Part shown: one piece after another, positions 53,845-64,000 of the stretch
Layout of the letters: each line of letters starts with the position of its first letter
Position numbering within the stretch: the first letter of the stretch is position 1
Assembly (NCBI RefSeq): GCF_000738915.1
Contig: NW_026515639.1
Coordinates: forward strand, 1 to 64,000
Reading direction: 5' to 3'
Source of the DNA: Nematocida ausubeli
Taxonomy: Eukaryota
DNA: 64,000 nucleotides
The notes under the pieces: model-generated
Told to the model about the DNA's origin: nothing
Seen by the model: only the letters and a program-made list of their open reading frames with translations
The model's database searches: none
Translations under genes and position numbers: made by a program

Positions 53845-54919
53845 TGTACTTTTATGCAGAATTAAATTATTATATATCCAGTAATTAAAAGTTAATTAAT
53901 TCCTGACCCTAATTTCCCATCAATACGCCCATAGCACTATTGTAGTAATATCTCTACTGCGTATATAACCCGAATGTGCAATAAATCAAGGGCTATGCAT
54001 CCACTAAAGTATCTAGCAGCTTTGTCTATCCCTTGCTAAATTTGTTTTTACAATGGTGCAGTCCAAAATAATCATGTATATAATAGGAGAACAATAGATC
54101 ATTACCCCTAAGTATATCTATGCAATTTATAAGTTACTTTAAGAGATGCATCTTATTAAGTTCTCCAAAGACTAATCTACATCTGATCTTAGAGGATCTT
54201 CTGTTCTGTGAAATTCACTTTAAATATTCTTTTGTATTTATGTATTTTTAGTGCCTGCCTTAACTTGTATTCTTTCCACAGTAAAATAACTAGAATTCAC
54301 TCACAATATATTTACATTCAGAAGATTAATTTATCTTTTGAGGGTTCTGTATACCATGCATTTCCGTAATGAAGGGTTATACAGATTTACTTTTCATAAG
54401 TTTCTTTCACAGAATGCATTCATACAGAGTCTTCAGAAGATAAAATATATTTTACGATTAAATAACCTGAATGCAGACTTAAAGACTAGCAGGTTAAATA
54501 TATGCTGAGATCTCTTCTATTCGGGTTATATTCTGGCTCAGGTTAGATTTAAGGCATCTTATAGTATTGTCTATTTTGCATTTTCTAATTAAATATTATG
54601 CAGTTTAGTTTGGGTGTTTGACTCTGGTTGTACACAAATCTATCCAGAAAACACGTGGAAATGCAACAGAACAATGGCTCCATTGCTTTATAAGGCATAC
54701 CACAAAAGTCCAAATTATTTTTGTCTTAAAATCCCCACATAGCCAGAATATCCTGGAAATTAAAAAAATCTAGAATGTGACTTTATTAAACAGTTTCCTC
54801 AATTTATAGCCCACCACAAGGAATATTTTAACCATGGAATAGCACACTGAAAGATAGATTACACCATGTCTTGGATAGAACTGTAAATTTATATGGTTGT
54901 GGTAAAATTGCCACTAATT

Positions 54920-56122
54920 TTAGCTCTCTTCAGCAAGACCACATAACTCTTTTTCTTCACACGGATCTACAAAATACCTTTGTATGCTTGCCACTACAGA
55001 TGTTGTTGGGCACCTTTCTCTTGCAATTCTGGCTATCTCCCTTTTGTACTCCTTGCACCCCCGCCTTCCATGCAGGACTGGCTCTATTGGCTTTAAGTCC
55101 ACATGTCTGCACAGATACTCTACCTCTCCAGACAAAAGTACGCTTACGTTTGAAAGAACATTTGGGTCATGGTCTCTCTGCTTATTTGGAACTGTGTATG
55201 CAGAAGGTGCTAGAGTGTCTATCTGCATGAATTTCTCTCTGTACTTTAATCTGTTGGGAAGTCCCTCCAGGTAGAGTGCTATTGCGTCTATTGTGGTTAT
55301 TTTTCTTTGTCCAAGTATTTTCTCTTCAATTTCTGCGAAAAACATTGGATCATCCATGGGCTTACGCCCCAGCATCACACCGTCAACCTTTCCTTCCAGG
55401 GCCTGTATGCTGGGTATATCACGCAGTCCTCCATTCAGAACAATCTTTAAGTGGGGCATTTCCTGCTTTAACTGGAAGACATAATGATAATTCAATGGAG
55501 GAATTCTTCTGTTATCCGCTGGGGATAGGCCTTTCAGCAGGCACTTTCTTGCATGAATATAGAATGTCCTGCACTCTGTATTCTCTACAATAATTCTGAT
55601 CATTCTCCTAAAGGACTCGTAGTCTTCAATTTCATCCACACCTGTGCGGCACTTGACACTCATTACAACTCCTGTCTCTTCGTAAACTGCCTGGAGAATT
55701 CGCACAATGCTAAATGGGTCTTTCATGAGAACAGCCCCAAAACTGCCGTTCTGCACTCTGTCACTTGGACACCCGCAATTAAGGTTGAAATTCGCATATC
55801 CCAGGGAAACTGCCCTTTTCACTGCAGATGCAATTTGTCCTGGATTTGATCCACCCACTTGCAGCACGCATTTCTCTGTGGGCAGGCCTATTTTTCTTTC
55901 AAGTACAGAGCTGCTCATGTACATAAGAGATGTGTCTACAACCATTTCCGTAAATACCAAGGAGTTTGGGGATATAATTCGCATGAACTGTCTGTACTCC
56001 GGGGTTGAAATGCCAACCATTGGGGCCACTGATATCTCAAATGCGCTTTTTTCTGCTCTTTTTTCTTCTTTAATATTTACACCCGAATTTATTCTGCTGT
56101 TGAGTTCTGGCAGTTCATCCAT
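54920..56122 (-). CDS. dusA: tRNA-dihydrouridine synthase, DusA-type
   Basis: SVAPM, TEMV, LNCGCPSDRVQNGSFGAVLM, HARK.LL.GLSP.DNRRIPPL.Y, NGG and DGVMLGR motifs. Confidence 0.9.
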   Translation of the reverse strand: MDELPELNSRINSGVNIKEEKRAEKSAFEISVAPMVGISTPEYRQFMRIISPNSLVFTEMVVDTSLMYMSSSVLERKIGLPTEKCVLQVGGSNPGQIASAVKRAVSLGYANFNLNCGCPSDRVQNGSFGAVLMKDPFSIVRILQAVYEETGVVMSVKCRTGVDEIEDYESFRRMIRIIVENTECRTFYIHARKCLLKGLSPADNRRIPPLNYHYVFQLKQEMPHLKIVLNGGLRDIPSIQALEGKVDGVMLGRKPMDDPMFFAEIEEKILGQRKITTIDAIALYLEGLPNRLKYREKFMQIDTLAPSAYTVPNKQRDHDPNVLSNVSVLLSGEVEYLCRHVDLKPIEPVLHGRRGCKEYKREIARIARERCPTTSVVASIQRYFVDPCEEKELCGLAEES

Positions 56123-56273
56123 GCAAGTAAAAATTTTATCAGATTTAAACCATACACAGCGATAATCGTGCTACCAGAATAACCAGAATACTTTAAAATA
56201 TCTTGATTCAGGCCGTTCAAAGACGCACTTATTTCAAATATTTTGGCTTTGCAAACTCAAATATAACCCGAAT

Positions 56274-56578
56274 TTGACGTGCCCAAAGGGGACGACGAGC
56301 TAGTCTGGAGGTAGTAGTATTTTAGTCTAGAATAGAGAGTGCAGTTGTCCAGGAAGTTTATTATCATATTTTTTCGGTTGGTAACTGTCATCTTCTGTAT
56401 TTTTATTGGATGTATTCCTTACTTTTGACATATTCCGCCTTTCAGTATTGTTCTTACTATTTAGTAGAGTAGGCTTCTGATATACGAGGAATCTTTTGGA
56501 AAGTGAAATTATCATTGATCGACTCTTGTGGCTTCAGAATCAATGAAAGTGGGATTTTTACCATAGTTCTTATTACAA
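56274..56578 (+). mobile_element. Dispersed repeat family, near full-length copy
   Basis: TTGACGTGCCCAAAGGGGACGACGAGCTAGTCTGGAG ... AATCAATGAAAGTGGGAT...TTCTTATTACAA. Confidence 0.8.
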
Positions 56579-57176
56579 GACGCCTACTGCTTCTATATAG
56601 TTAAATATGTATAAATGAACAGTTAGTCTCCTGCTGCAGTAATTAGCATAAACACAAAAATATGCACATTTATAAGGAAATGCCCTGGCTGTATTAAAGT
56701 ATGCCCAGGTACTGCTGCCTATCTATACAATTATGATTATATTAATATTCGCATGGTCTGTTTCTCTAATGGACAGAATCTCTCATATAACCCGAATTCC
56801 AGATATTTATAAAATTACACTCTAGGCTTCTATACAACTACATAATATACAAGAAGTACAAAAAAGAATGAAAAAATCAATATCCAAGAAACTAACTAAA
56901 AAGCCGTATAATAAGACACTTTCACGCTATATGAACAATCTAGTGCTTTAATCAGAAGAATATTCAATCGCTTAGAATATCCATAAAAACACTTTTATAT
57001 ATTCCTTGCAGTAGTTGTTTATTTTCAAGTAAATAAACCAGAGACTTTCCAGCTGCTAAAATTAATAGTTCAATTGAATATAAGCACGTAAAAATATTAC
57101 AGAAGTATAAAGAGTGACTTGACAGATATTTATTTATCAATTGAAACAGCAGATGTACCTATTTCTATCGAATAGA

Positions 57177-57620
57177 TTATACTTCGTACTGTGCCACCAT
57201 ATTTCTAATTCCATCTCTGCTGTATGCCATTATAGTTACAGGCGAAAAGGACCTTTGGTTAACATCCACTAAGAATGTGGCAGGAACACCCCGCACATTA
57301 AGAGTTGTGATAAGTCCATTTGGTCCTCTAAGAGGCGTGTTTGGCTGGTTTGCTGGCATTGTGACACATACGAATTTGTTTCTGTGCGCATATCCCTCTG
57401 GGCTTACAAGATACTCTTGGTTCAGTGCCTGCTTGTATGCATTGCATGGTGGGCATATGGGTGAGCTAATAATTAAAAATCCTTTGGATACGCCCATACT
57501 TGAAAATGTGTTTATGACATCGTCCTTTGTAAAAACACTTTGGTACTCCATAGCCTTAACGAGGGCCATAAAAAATGAAAATATAAAAACACTGAAAATA
57601 CGCTTCTCCAAAATATGCAT
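57177..57620 (-). CDS. Signal-peptide thioredoxin-fold protein
   Basis: Hydrophobic N-terminus, CPPC active-site motif, VRGVPATFLV cis-Pro loop. Confidence 0.75.
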   Translation of the reverse strand: MHILEKRIFSVFIFSFFMALVKAMEYQSVFTKDDVINTFSSMGVSKGFLIISSPICPPCNAYKQALNQEYLVSPEGYAHRNKFVCVTMPANQPNTPLRGPNGLITTLNVRGVPATFLVDVNQRSFSPVTIMAYSRDGIRNMVAQYEV

Positions 57621-57816
57621 ACTTCTTCATTCTCCATCATATTTATAAACCTGCAATATATCCCGAAATAGAAAAGACTCTTCTTTTTTAAAGAAGATTC
57701 ACGTGGTATTATATGATTTAATTAAGAAATATGTTCATATCCAGAATAATTATGGTTATATTACTATTGGAGAGGCCTTATTCATATAGACATGTCCATA
57801 TTACGTGAATTTAGGT

Positions 57817-58281
57817 CTACATTGCAATCTTATTGGTGAGCTGCTTTTTTGCTGTTTTTGTGTACAGTGCAGGCTTCTTTGTGTACATAATTGCTGCCTT
57901 CTCATTTGCAGGTGACTCAACATTTGCTTCTCCCAGGAGGGTCTGCACTGCCAGCAAAATTGTTTTAATATTCAGCGAAGGAGACCACTCTGAGTCAAGA
58001 ATATCCAGGCAGATGAATCCATCTGAATATACATTTGGGTGAAATACTTGCTGTGTGAACTTTACTTGGGGTGGGTTTGCTGGGTATGTTGTAAAGAACT
58101 CCACGGTTGCTGATAGGTTGTGCCCTGCAAAGGGTGAGTTCTCTGGGCCTGGTATGGTGCAGTTCCACTTGAAAAGATCAAGTGACTTGTCTGCCTTCAT
58201 TTGCGGCTTAGCCACAAACCCGAATGGTCTGTCCTTTCTCCAATTCTCTCGCTCTTGTAAAATTCTCTGCTCTGCATTCAT
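57817..58281 (-). CDS. UBC9: SUMO-conjugating enzyme Ubc9
   Basis: RILQERENWRKDRPFGFVAKP...W.C.IPG; FHPNVYSDGFICLDIL. Confidence 0.88.
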   Translation of the reverse strand: MNAEQRILQERENWRKDRPFGFVAKPQMKADKSLDLFKWNCTIPGPENSPFAGHNLSATVEFFTTYPANPPQVKFTQQVFHPNVYSDGFICLDILDSEWSPSLNIKTILLAVQTLLGEANVESPANEKAAIMYTKKPALYTKTAKKQLTNKIAM

Positions 58282-58349
58282 GAAAAGAAAAGTCTTCTGG
58301 TATATTTATACACTTTCAAGGCATTTTTATGATTTATTCTTGTCTTTCT

Positions 58350-59264
58350 CTAGGGACTTTTAATGAAAGTGCACTTTCGGTTGAGAACGTACGCCATGTC
58401 AGACGGTGTGAATGGAACCTTCTCTTTTGTGTACTTCTTCATTCTCACAAAAATTGGGGATATTTTTGACTTGATTTTCACTTGCTTGGTCTTCTCCTGC
58501 GGCAGCTTATTCCTGAAGAAGCAGCTCCACTTGGAGTTGCAGGAGCAAGAATCTACAAGATCATCACCCGTTACATCAAGCTCTGTGGACATCCATTCCT
58601 CGCTGGCATGCGATGAATAGTCGTTCCCTATGAACAGCTCCTGAGCACTCTCAATTCTGGAAAGCGCATAGAGCTTTGCACGGATTGCTGTCACCAAAAA
58701 AGGATTCTTCTTTAGAGGCGGATGACCCTTCCATCCCTCCTCGCAAACCTCCAAGGATATTGCAACATTGGGCCGGCAAGAACGACGAATAAAGCGCACC
58801 AGATTACCACTTTTCCTGGAGTCAATCACTAGCCCGCAGTCTCTAAATATAAAACATCTACTAGGACTTTTTGCTTTTCTTGCATTTCCTGTCCCCACCA
58901 TGTTTATGTTGCTAATTGCACCCCCTATAAAGCCAACAATCTCATTCGGGCTGTACTCCTTCTTGGAAAACAGTCCGTAATACGATGCACCATTCTGAAT
59001 AAATCCTCTTCTTTTGATTTTCCGCAGAATCAGCGAGTCTTCCACTAATTCGCCTATGTTTAGCTTAAGATTGCTTTGCCAGACCCCTTCTTTGTTAAAC
59101 ATAATATCACTTGTGTAGACATAATCTAAACCGCCATCGATGCACTTGTTGCAGTATGTTTTGCTAGGTTGCACATATAGTTCCTCCGTTGTAATCACTC
59201 CTTCTTTTTGATTGTTAAAGCAATTTTCGTCGTAACATTGCTGCAGCCCAACTCTAAGGAGCAT
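58350..59264 (-). CDS. SET-domain protein, Set3/Set4/SETD5-like
   Basis: IDSRKSGNLVRFIRRSCRPN, ELFIGNDY, and post-SET CSC...C. Confidence 0.8.
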   Translation of the reverse strand: MLLRVGLQQCYDENCFNNQKEGVITTEELYVQPSKTYCNKCIDGGLDYVYTSDIMFNKEGVWQSNLKLNIGELVEDSLILRKIKRRGFIQNGASYYGLFSKKEYSPNEIVGFIGGAISNINMVGTGNARKAKSPSRCFIFRDCGLVIDSRKSGNLVRFIRRSCRPNVAISLEVCEEGWKGHPPLKKNPFLVTAIRAKLYALSRIESAQELFIGNDYSSHASEEWMSTELDVTGDDLVDSCSCNSKWSCFFRNKLPQEKTKQVKIKSKISPIFVRMKKYTKEKVPFTPSDMAYVLNRKCTFIKSP

Positions 59265-59300
59265 TTATAAATTTCAGTAAAGAAAATTAAATCCATCCAA

Positions 59301-59681
59301 ATGAAAAGTACGTCTTATTGGCTTCTTCAGTCTATTTTGGAAGAAATAGCAGGAGACAAAAAGAGCTTATTTGCCTTTGGGGCATCAATAGGAACAAAAA
59401 TAGCTGAGGAGATGGCACTGAAGGCCCTGCCAGAAGAGACTGTCTCTTTGGTGTGCTATACATCCCAGGTGCTAGATGAGTACTTTGAGTGCACCCTGCA
59501 GACAGCCCAGGAGAATGGAGAGGTGCATATACGAATAAACGAAGAATTGCCAGCTGACAGGCTGGCAGACAAAGCTGAAATAATTGCAGGCATTATTACT
59601 GCAGTTGTAGGAAGAGTGCAAAATAAAAGAGTTCGTGCAAAGACGTATGGGGCACAGGCAAAAATAGTGGTAACAGAGTAG
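59301..59681 (+). CDS. Small protein, possible TRAPP Bet3-family subunit
   Basis: LFAFGASIGTKIAE and IIAGIITAV weakly resemble Bet3/Trs33 motifs; the ORF is credible but the function is tentative. Confidence 0.45.
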   Translation: MKSTSYWLLQSILEEIAGDKKSLFAFGASIGTKIAEEMALKALPEETVSLVCYTSQVLDEYFECTLQTAQENGEVHIRINEELPADRLADKAEIIAGIITAVVGRVQNKRVRAKTYGAQAKIVVTE

Positions 59682-60636
59682 TCTAAGAATTCGAGTATAT
59701 TTGGGTATATTTGGGCATATTTGGGTATATTTATCTGGGCCTGCTGCAAGACCAAAATATCATACTCTGTTGCATATAGCAGTGTATTATATTTTTATAT
59801 TCTGACTAGCTGCAAACCAGAAGATGCTCTGATTCTATGGAGGGTTATCGGGCTATTATAGCATGGAGACTAAATGCATATAGTAACTACCTAGACTAAA
59901 ATATTCAGAAAGTAATAAAGAGAGGGAATTGAATAAAATTGGTATTATTGCATGCTTATTTTCTCTTGTAGTTCATTTAATTTCTGTTATCAGATTATCT
60001 AGAATTTTTAAGTTAAAATATATTTATGTAATCTTATATTTAACTATTAATTAATACAATTAAGTCTGTTGGGAAATTCCGTTATTATTGAGTTATCTTT
60101 GGTTATTGAAGCATCTGTAAAAGTTTCATGTAAAATATAACCCGAATTCAGTGCACTGCTGTTATACTATACCCAAGCTTAATTGAATGAAGACATTATT
60201 AATAGATGTTATCAACTAAGAAAACTAAAGATGAAAATATATTTAGAATTACTAGTAGTAGTATTACTAGCAGTAGAGAGCCACTGACAACATCAATAGA
60301 TGTTTAAATATGAGATTTCCATGCGGTTAAGTTTGTTTTCTTTGGTCAGTAGAGTGTATGGTTTTTAGTCTTCTGGCTAGCAGTCAAAGACAGAAGTACT
60401 ATAGCACCCGTAAGGAAGAACATGAATATTGTTTTGTTCTATGTGGTGATATTTCCATACATTTCTATCCAAATATGCATATAAATATAACTGAAAATCA
60501 TGTTCTTTAGTATACACTGTATCTCTGTATCTCTGTATACTACTTCAGTGGGATATTTATTTGCTCTCTTTTAAATTTACTTTTCAGACTTTCTGTGCTG
60601 CAATTTCACAGATCTCTAGTGCTCTGTATATTATAG

Positions 60637-60932
60637 TTGACATGCCCGAAAGGGGGCAACGAGCTAGTCTGGAGATAATAGTATTTTAGACTCTAATAGG
60701 GGTAGTTGTCAAGGAAGGTTTATTCTCATATTTTTTCGGTTGGTGACTGTCACCTTTTGTATACTTAATGAGTGTACTTCTTCTTTCTGACATCTTCCGG
60801 TTTTTCAGTATTGTTCTTACTATCTTACTATTTTATAGTCAGTCACTGATATAACCCGATATAACCCGAAGTGCCATTTCTCATTGGTGCACTTTGGTCA
60901 CGTAATCAATGAAAGTGGGATTCTTACTACAA
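60637..60932 (+). mobile_element. Dispersed repeat family, near full-length copy
   Basis: TTGACATGCCCGAAAGGGGGCAACGAGCTAGTCTGGAG ... AATCAATGAAAGTGGGATTCTTACTACAA. Confidence 0.8.
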
Positions 60933-61012
60933 GCACACTGCAGTGTATGCTTGTTTTGCTGAATTCTTTGCAATTTTTCTATTTAAATTTTATTTTTACT
61001 TCCCTTGCAATT

Positions 61013-61261
61013 ATGGAGTCATTAAAGTATCCGTCACCAGAGACTGTTCAGAGAACATGCAAGAAGAAGCGCCTAATACCAACCCCAAACTCATATTATA
61101 TGGATGTAAAGTGCAGTGAATGCGAAAAGAAAGTTGTAATCTTCTCACACTCCCAAACTGTTATATCATGCCACGCATGCAGTACAATCCTTGCCAAGCC
61201 ATCTGGTGGAAAGGCAAAACTGACTCTTGGATGTAAGTTCAAAGTAAAGCCATCCTACTAA
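61013..61261 (+). CDS. RPS27: 40S ribosomal protein S27 (eS27)
   Basis: KKKRLIPTPNSYYMDVKC..C...VIFSHSQT...C..C...LAKPSGGKAKL; first ATG at 61013. Confidence 0.95.
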   Translation: MESLKYPSPETVQRTCKKKRLIPTPNSYYMDVKCSECEKKVVIFSHSQTVISCHACSTILAKPSGGKAKLTLGCKFKVKPSY

Positions 61262-61294
61262 ACAATAAAACGTAGAAGCAATTCGGGTTTATTC

Positions 61295-63568
61295 CTATTT
61301 ATTATCATCTATCTTGGACATTCCTTCTATAATATTTGTGTCCAGATTGGTTGATATGGAGTGCTCTGTAACAGAGGATAGGTCTATTTCAGCTGCAGAT
61401 GCTTTTGTTTCTTTGTTTGTCATGCTCATGAACTTCTCAAACTTGCGCATTGTTTTTGCTGAGATAATTCCGTACTTCTTGGCTATTTCAATGTCTGCTG
61501 GCTTGATTTGCACTGTGCATGCGTACTCTTTGATGGCCTGCATGCTCCTCTGGGTGTTCGGTGCATTCAAGAGGTACAGAAGAAGGGATACGACTGAGGA
61601 AATATTATGTTTGAGTATCTGCTGTGTTGCCTCTTGCGTGCAGTTCTTTTTGTCCAGCTGGGAAATCAGCCCATCAATTGAGTACGATAATTCGTTGTAG
61701 TTTGAGAGGAGATAGTCTCTTGAGCCACGGATACTGCTCAAAGCACTCTCTATGTACACTGAAATCTGCACAAACATCTCGTCTTTAAGAGTGCTCATGA
61801 ACTGGCTGGATGTTTCTGCAAGAATGTACAGCACGGAATAAAACTCAAGCGAAATGTCAAAGTCACAGTGCGTGATCTTCTGTATCTGCACAGAGGTAGG
61901 TGCGCATGGATCTGGCAGTGTGCTCTGTGGCTGAATCGTGTGGACGTACCAAAGCACGCAGTAAAACGTAACTGTGTTCGTGATTGAGTAGAGCGGCAGG
62001 CCTGTGCTGTATTCAAATGGATTGAAATAGTTCAGGAATAGTTCAAGCTCTTCTTCTTTGTGCTCCACCAGATGATGAAGAATTTCTTTTATGAGCGAGA
62101 ACAGAGTCTGCGCCAGCTCTGCACTTACCTCACTGGAGGGTCTCTTCTCTATGACCTCTTTACTCTTGTTTAGGTCACTGTAGTTCTCATTCGTATTCAT
62201 ATCACCCTCTCTGTTTATCTGCAGGCCGCCTTCTTCTTGCAGTAGATCACTTTGTGTTAGATTTATGCTCTGAAGAGAAAATACTTCAGATTGGTTGTTT
62301 AAAGAAGCAGTAATAGGGGCAGTTGAGATATTTGATGGATTTAGAGTGGATGGTCCTGCTCCTAGAGTACTATTACTGGGCTGCTGCGGGTTCTTCATCT
62401 GCACAGTCTTTACAAGAGAGTCCAAGAAGGAGAGAATTCCTTGCTTTGAATGCTTCTCCGTTTTGAACGTGTACATAACTTTGTCTTTGAACTCCCCCAG
62501 AGAAACAAGACCCTCCTGCACGTATGCAAAGTAAGCAGCAAGAAGAATTTCGCACAGATCTGGGGACTTTCGCTCTGGCAGGACATTAAACATGTTCTTT
62601 ACATCTGACAGAAATAAGGAAGGGTTTGTGTTGTACTTTGACTCTCTTAAGAGTTTGAAGATGTGCAGCCGTGTCTCCTCCACATCTATGCTGTATACAT
62701 CAGCACTGTATTTCTCGAATATACTTAGCTTTTGGTTTAGTCCGTGCTGCAGCAGCAGAAGAAGGTTTCTGTATATGTGCCCGTGCTTATTTCTCTCTCT
62801 GTGCTCCTCCAGTGTCCGAATAAATCCTGTATTCACAAGCTCCTTTTCGCATCTCTTATACAACTTCTGTACGAACGGAAGGATCTCTGCAGACGAGAAG
62901 TCGCAAGCCTCAAAGAGTGGAAACATCCCAATAAGCTGCAGCTTCCCTAAATACTTCAGCCGTGCGCATATTGCAACTGCCCTTCGCATGAGCCCTGCAA
63001 TAGGTCTTTTTTCCTGCTGGTAGCACTCGCATAGCAAAGCCAGTGTGTTCACCAGATACTTTACGTCTCTTAGAGACATCATCTCCGCAAATGCATTTGT
63101 ATTTGATGAAATCATCTTCAAATAGAAGAACCTCACTTGCTTATTTCTGTTCTTCAGAAGGTCTATAATGGTTTTCGTTATAATATGCAGGTTTATATTT
63201 TCACTTGTTAAAGCCGTCACATTCCTGAAGACAAATGAAACTACATGCTGCCTAATTCGCCTGTCTTTATCACGGATCCGTCCTTCTATGTACGGAAATA
63301 TTTCAACAATCCTTTCTGGGTGGTTCTTAACTATTTTGTCGTAGAGGGCTGTGATCACTAAGGAATATACAACGCGAATGCTCCTAATTTTACTTCCCCC
63401 TAGAGACTCTGCTTTTTCTGCTATGTTTGTTTTCTCAACTGATTCAATAACATCTTCTGTTAACTTTGCTGCTATTTCTGATGGGTCTGTTTTTTCGCTT
63501 ATTTCCATCTGAAGCAGATGCGACAGCTCTAGCAGCTGCTCTTCGCCGTACTCTTTCAAATCGTGCAT
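61295..63568 (-). CDS. HEAT-repeat-like protein (possibly Pds5-like)
   Basis: 757 aa; IFPYIEGRIRDKDRRIR and LLKNRNKQVRF are HEAT-like; family tentative. Confidence 0.6.
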   Translation of the reverse strand: MHDLKEYGEEQLLELSHLLQMEISEKTDPSEIAAKLTEDVIESVEKTNIAEKAESLGGSKIRSIRVVYSLVITALYDKIVKNHPERIVEIFPYIEGRIRDKDRRIRQHVVSFVFRNVTALTSENINLHIITKTIIDLLKNRNKQVRFFYLKMISSNTNAFAEMMSLRDVKYLVNTLALLCECYQQEKRPIAGLMRRAVAICARLKYLGKLQLIGMFPLFEACDFSSAEILPFVQKLYKRCEKELVNTGFIRTLEEHRERNKHGHIYRNLLLLLQHGLNQKLSIFEKYSADVYSIDVEETRLHIFKLLRESKYNTNPSLFLSDVKNMFNVLPERKSPDLCEILLAAYFAYVQEGLVSLGEFKDKVMYTFKTEKHSKQGILSFLDSLVKTVQMKNPQQPSNSTLGAGPSTLNPSNISTAPITASLNNQSEVFSLQSINLTQSDLLQEEGGLQINREGDMNTNENYSDLNKSKEVIEKRPSSEVSAELAQTLFSLIKEILHHLVEHKEEELELFLNYFNPFEYSTGLPLYSITNTVTFYCVLWYVHTIQPQSTLPDPCAPTSVQIQKITHCDFDISLEFYSVLYILAETSSQFMSTLKDEMFVQISVYIESALSSIRGSRDYLLSNYNELSYSIDGLISQLDKKNCTQEATQQILKHNISSVVSLLLYLLNAPNTQRSMQAIKEYACTVQIKPADIEIAKKYGIISAKTMRKFEKFMSMTNKETKASAAEIDLSSVTEHSISTNLDTNIIEGMSKIDDNK

Positions 63569-63616
63569 TAAAATTAAAAAAACAAGAAATTATAACATAA
63601 AATATTAACAATTGAG

Positions 63617-63688
63617 TCTCTCAGATATGTTTTAGGTAGCATTGTTTCTCCTCATGGAATCAGACAAACGCGATTATCCTCATTGAGA
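63617..63688 (-). ncRNA. Candidate box C/D snoRNA
   Basis: Minus strand: UCUC-A-AUGAGGA(C)...CUGA(D')-UUCC-AUGAGGA(C')...CUGA(D)-GAGA, with a 4-bp terminal stem. Confidence 0.5.
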
Positions 63689-64000
63689 AAGGCAATATAA
63701 ACAAAAAGTGGTTAGTTTGTCGTGATGTTATTTGCATGGGGTAAAAATAATTAAATAAATAAATAAAATTTCAAGAAAACCCGCCTGCAGTAGAGAAATA
63801 TTTAGTAGAAATGATCTGCAGCAAATTCTTTTCTGTGAAAAGTGTATATATTACGCATGGGTTTTGCTTACTTTTTTGCAATGCCTGGTGTGTTGTGTAA
63901 TCCACTGGGCTATTTAGTTCTATTTCATTTTTTAGCTGATTTTTATTCTGGATATAACCCGAATTCTGGATATTCCAGTTTGTTCAACTGTATGCGGGTG

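Noticed and set aside
56278..56304. Hairpin plus CTAGT as a Helitron 3' end
   Set aside because: Homology between copies starts just before the hairpin and continues ~270 bp after CTAGT, the opposite of a canonical Helitron 3' terminus.
1..64000. tRNA, rRNA, telomeric repeats or transposase/RT ORFs
   Set aside because: None recognised by eye; a tRNAscan/Infernal run is needed to exclude short RNAs.

Overview
Gene-dense, apparently intron-free, AT-rich eukaryotic sequence that reads as a microsporidian, most likely Nematocida. The evidence is divergent housekeeping genes with AAATTT-type starts and tiny spacers, a PTP2-like polar tube gene, and Nematocida-type family proteins. About 32 protein genes are supportable, including dynein LC8, PP2A-C, Dph3, RPL9, NAP, Maf1, Sas10, Dcc1, LeuRS, DP, PTP1/PTP2 candidates, TBCD, Mog1, Nup2/50-like, V-ATPase c'', myosin II, Ada2, ADAM, DusA-type Dus, Ubc9, a Set3-like SET protein and RPS27. 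There is also one multi-lesion pseudogene. Non-coding items absent from the ORF track are: a ~160-nt RNase MRP RNA (38007-38167, minus); a candidate box C/D snoRNA (63617-63688); a ~760-bp inverted array of ~29 helically phased motifs (932-1688) inside a 6-kb periodic, strand-skewed region (centromere/origin candidate); a ~300-bp dispersed repeat family (6 copies); and a recurrent intergenic ATATAACCCGAAT motif. All family assignments come from motif recognition by eye; no searches were run.
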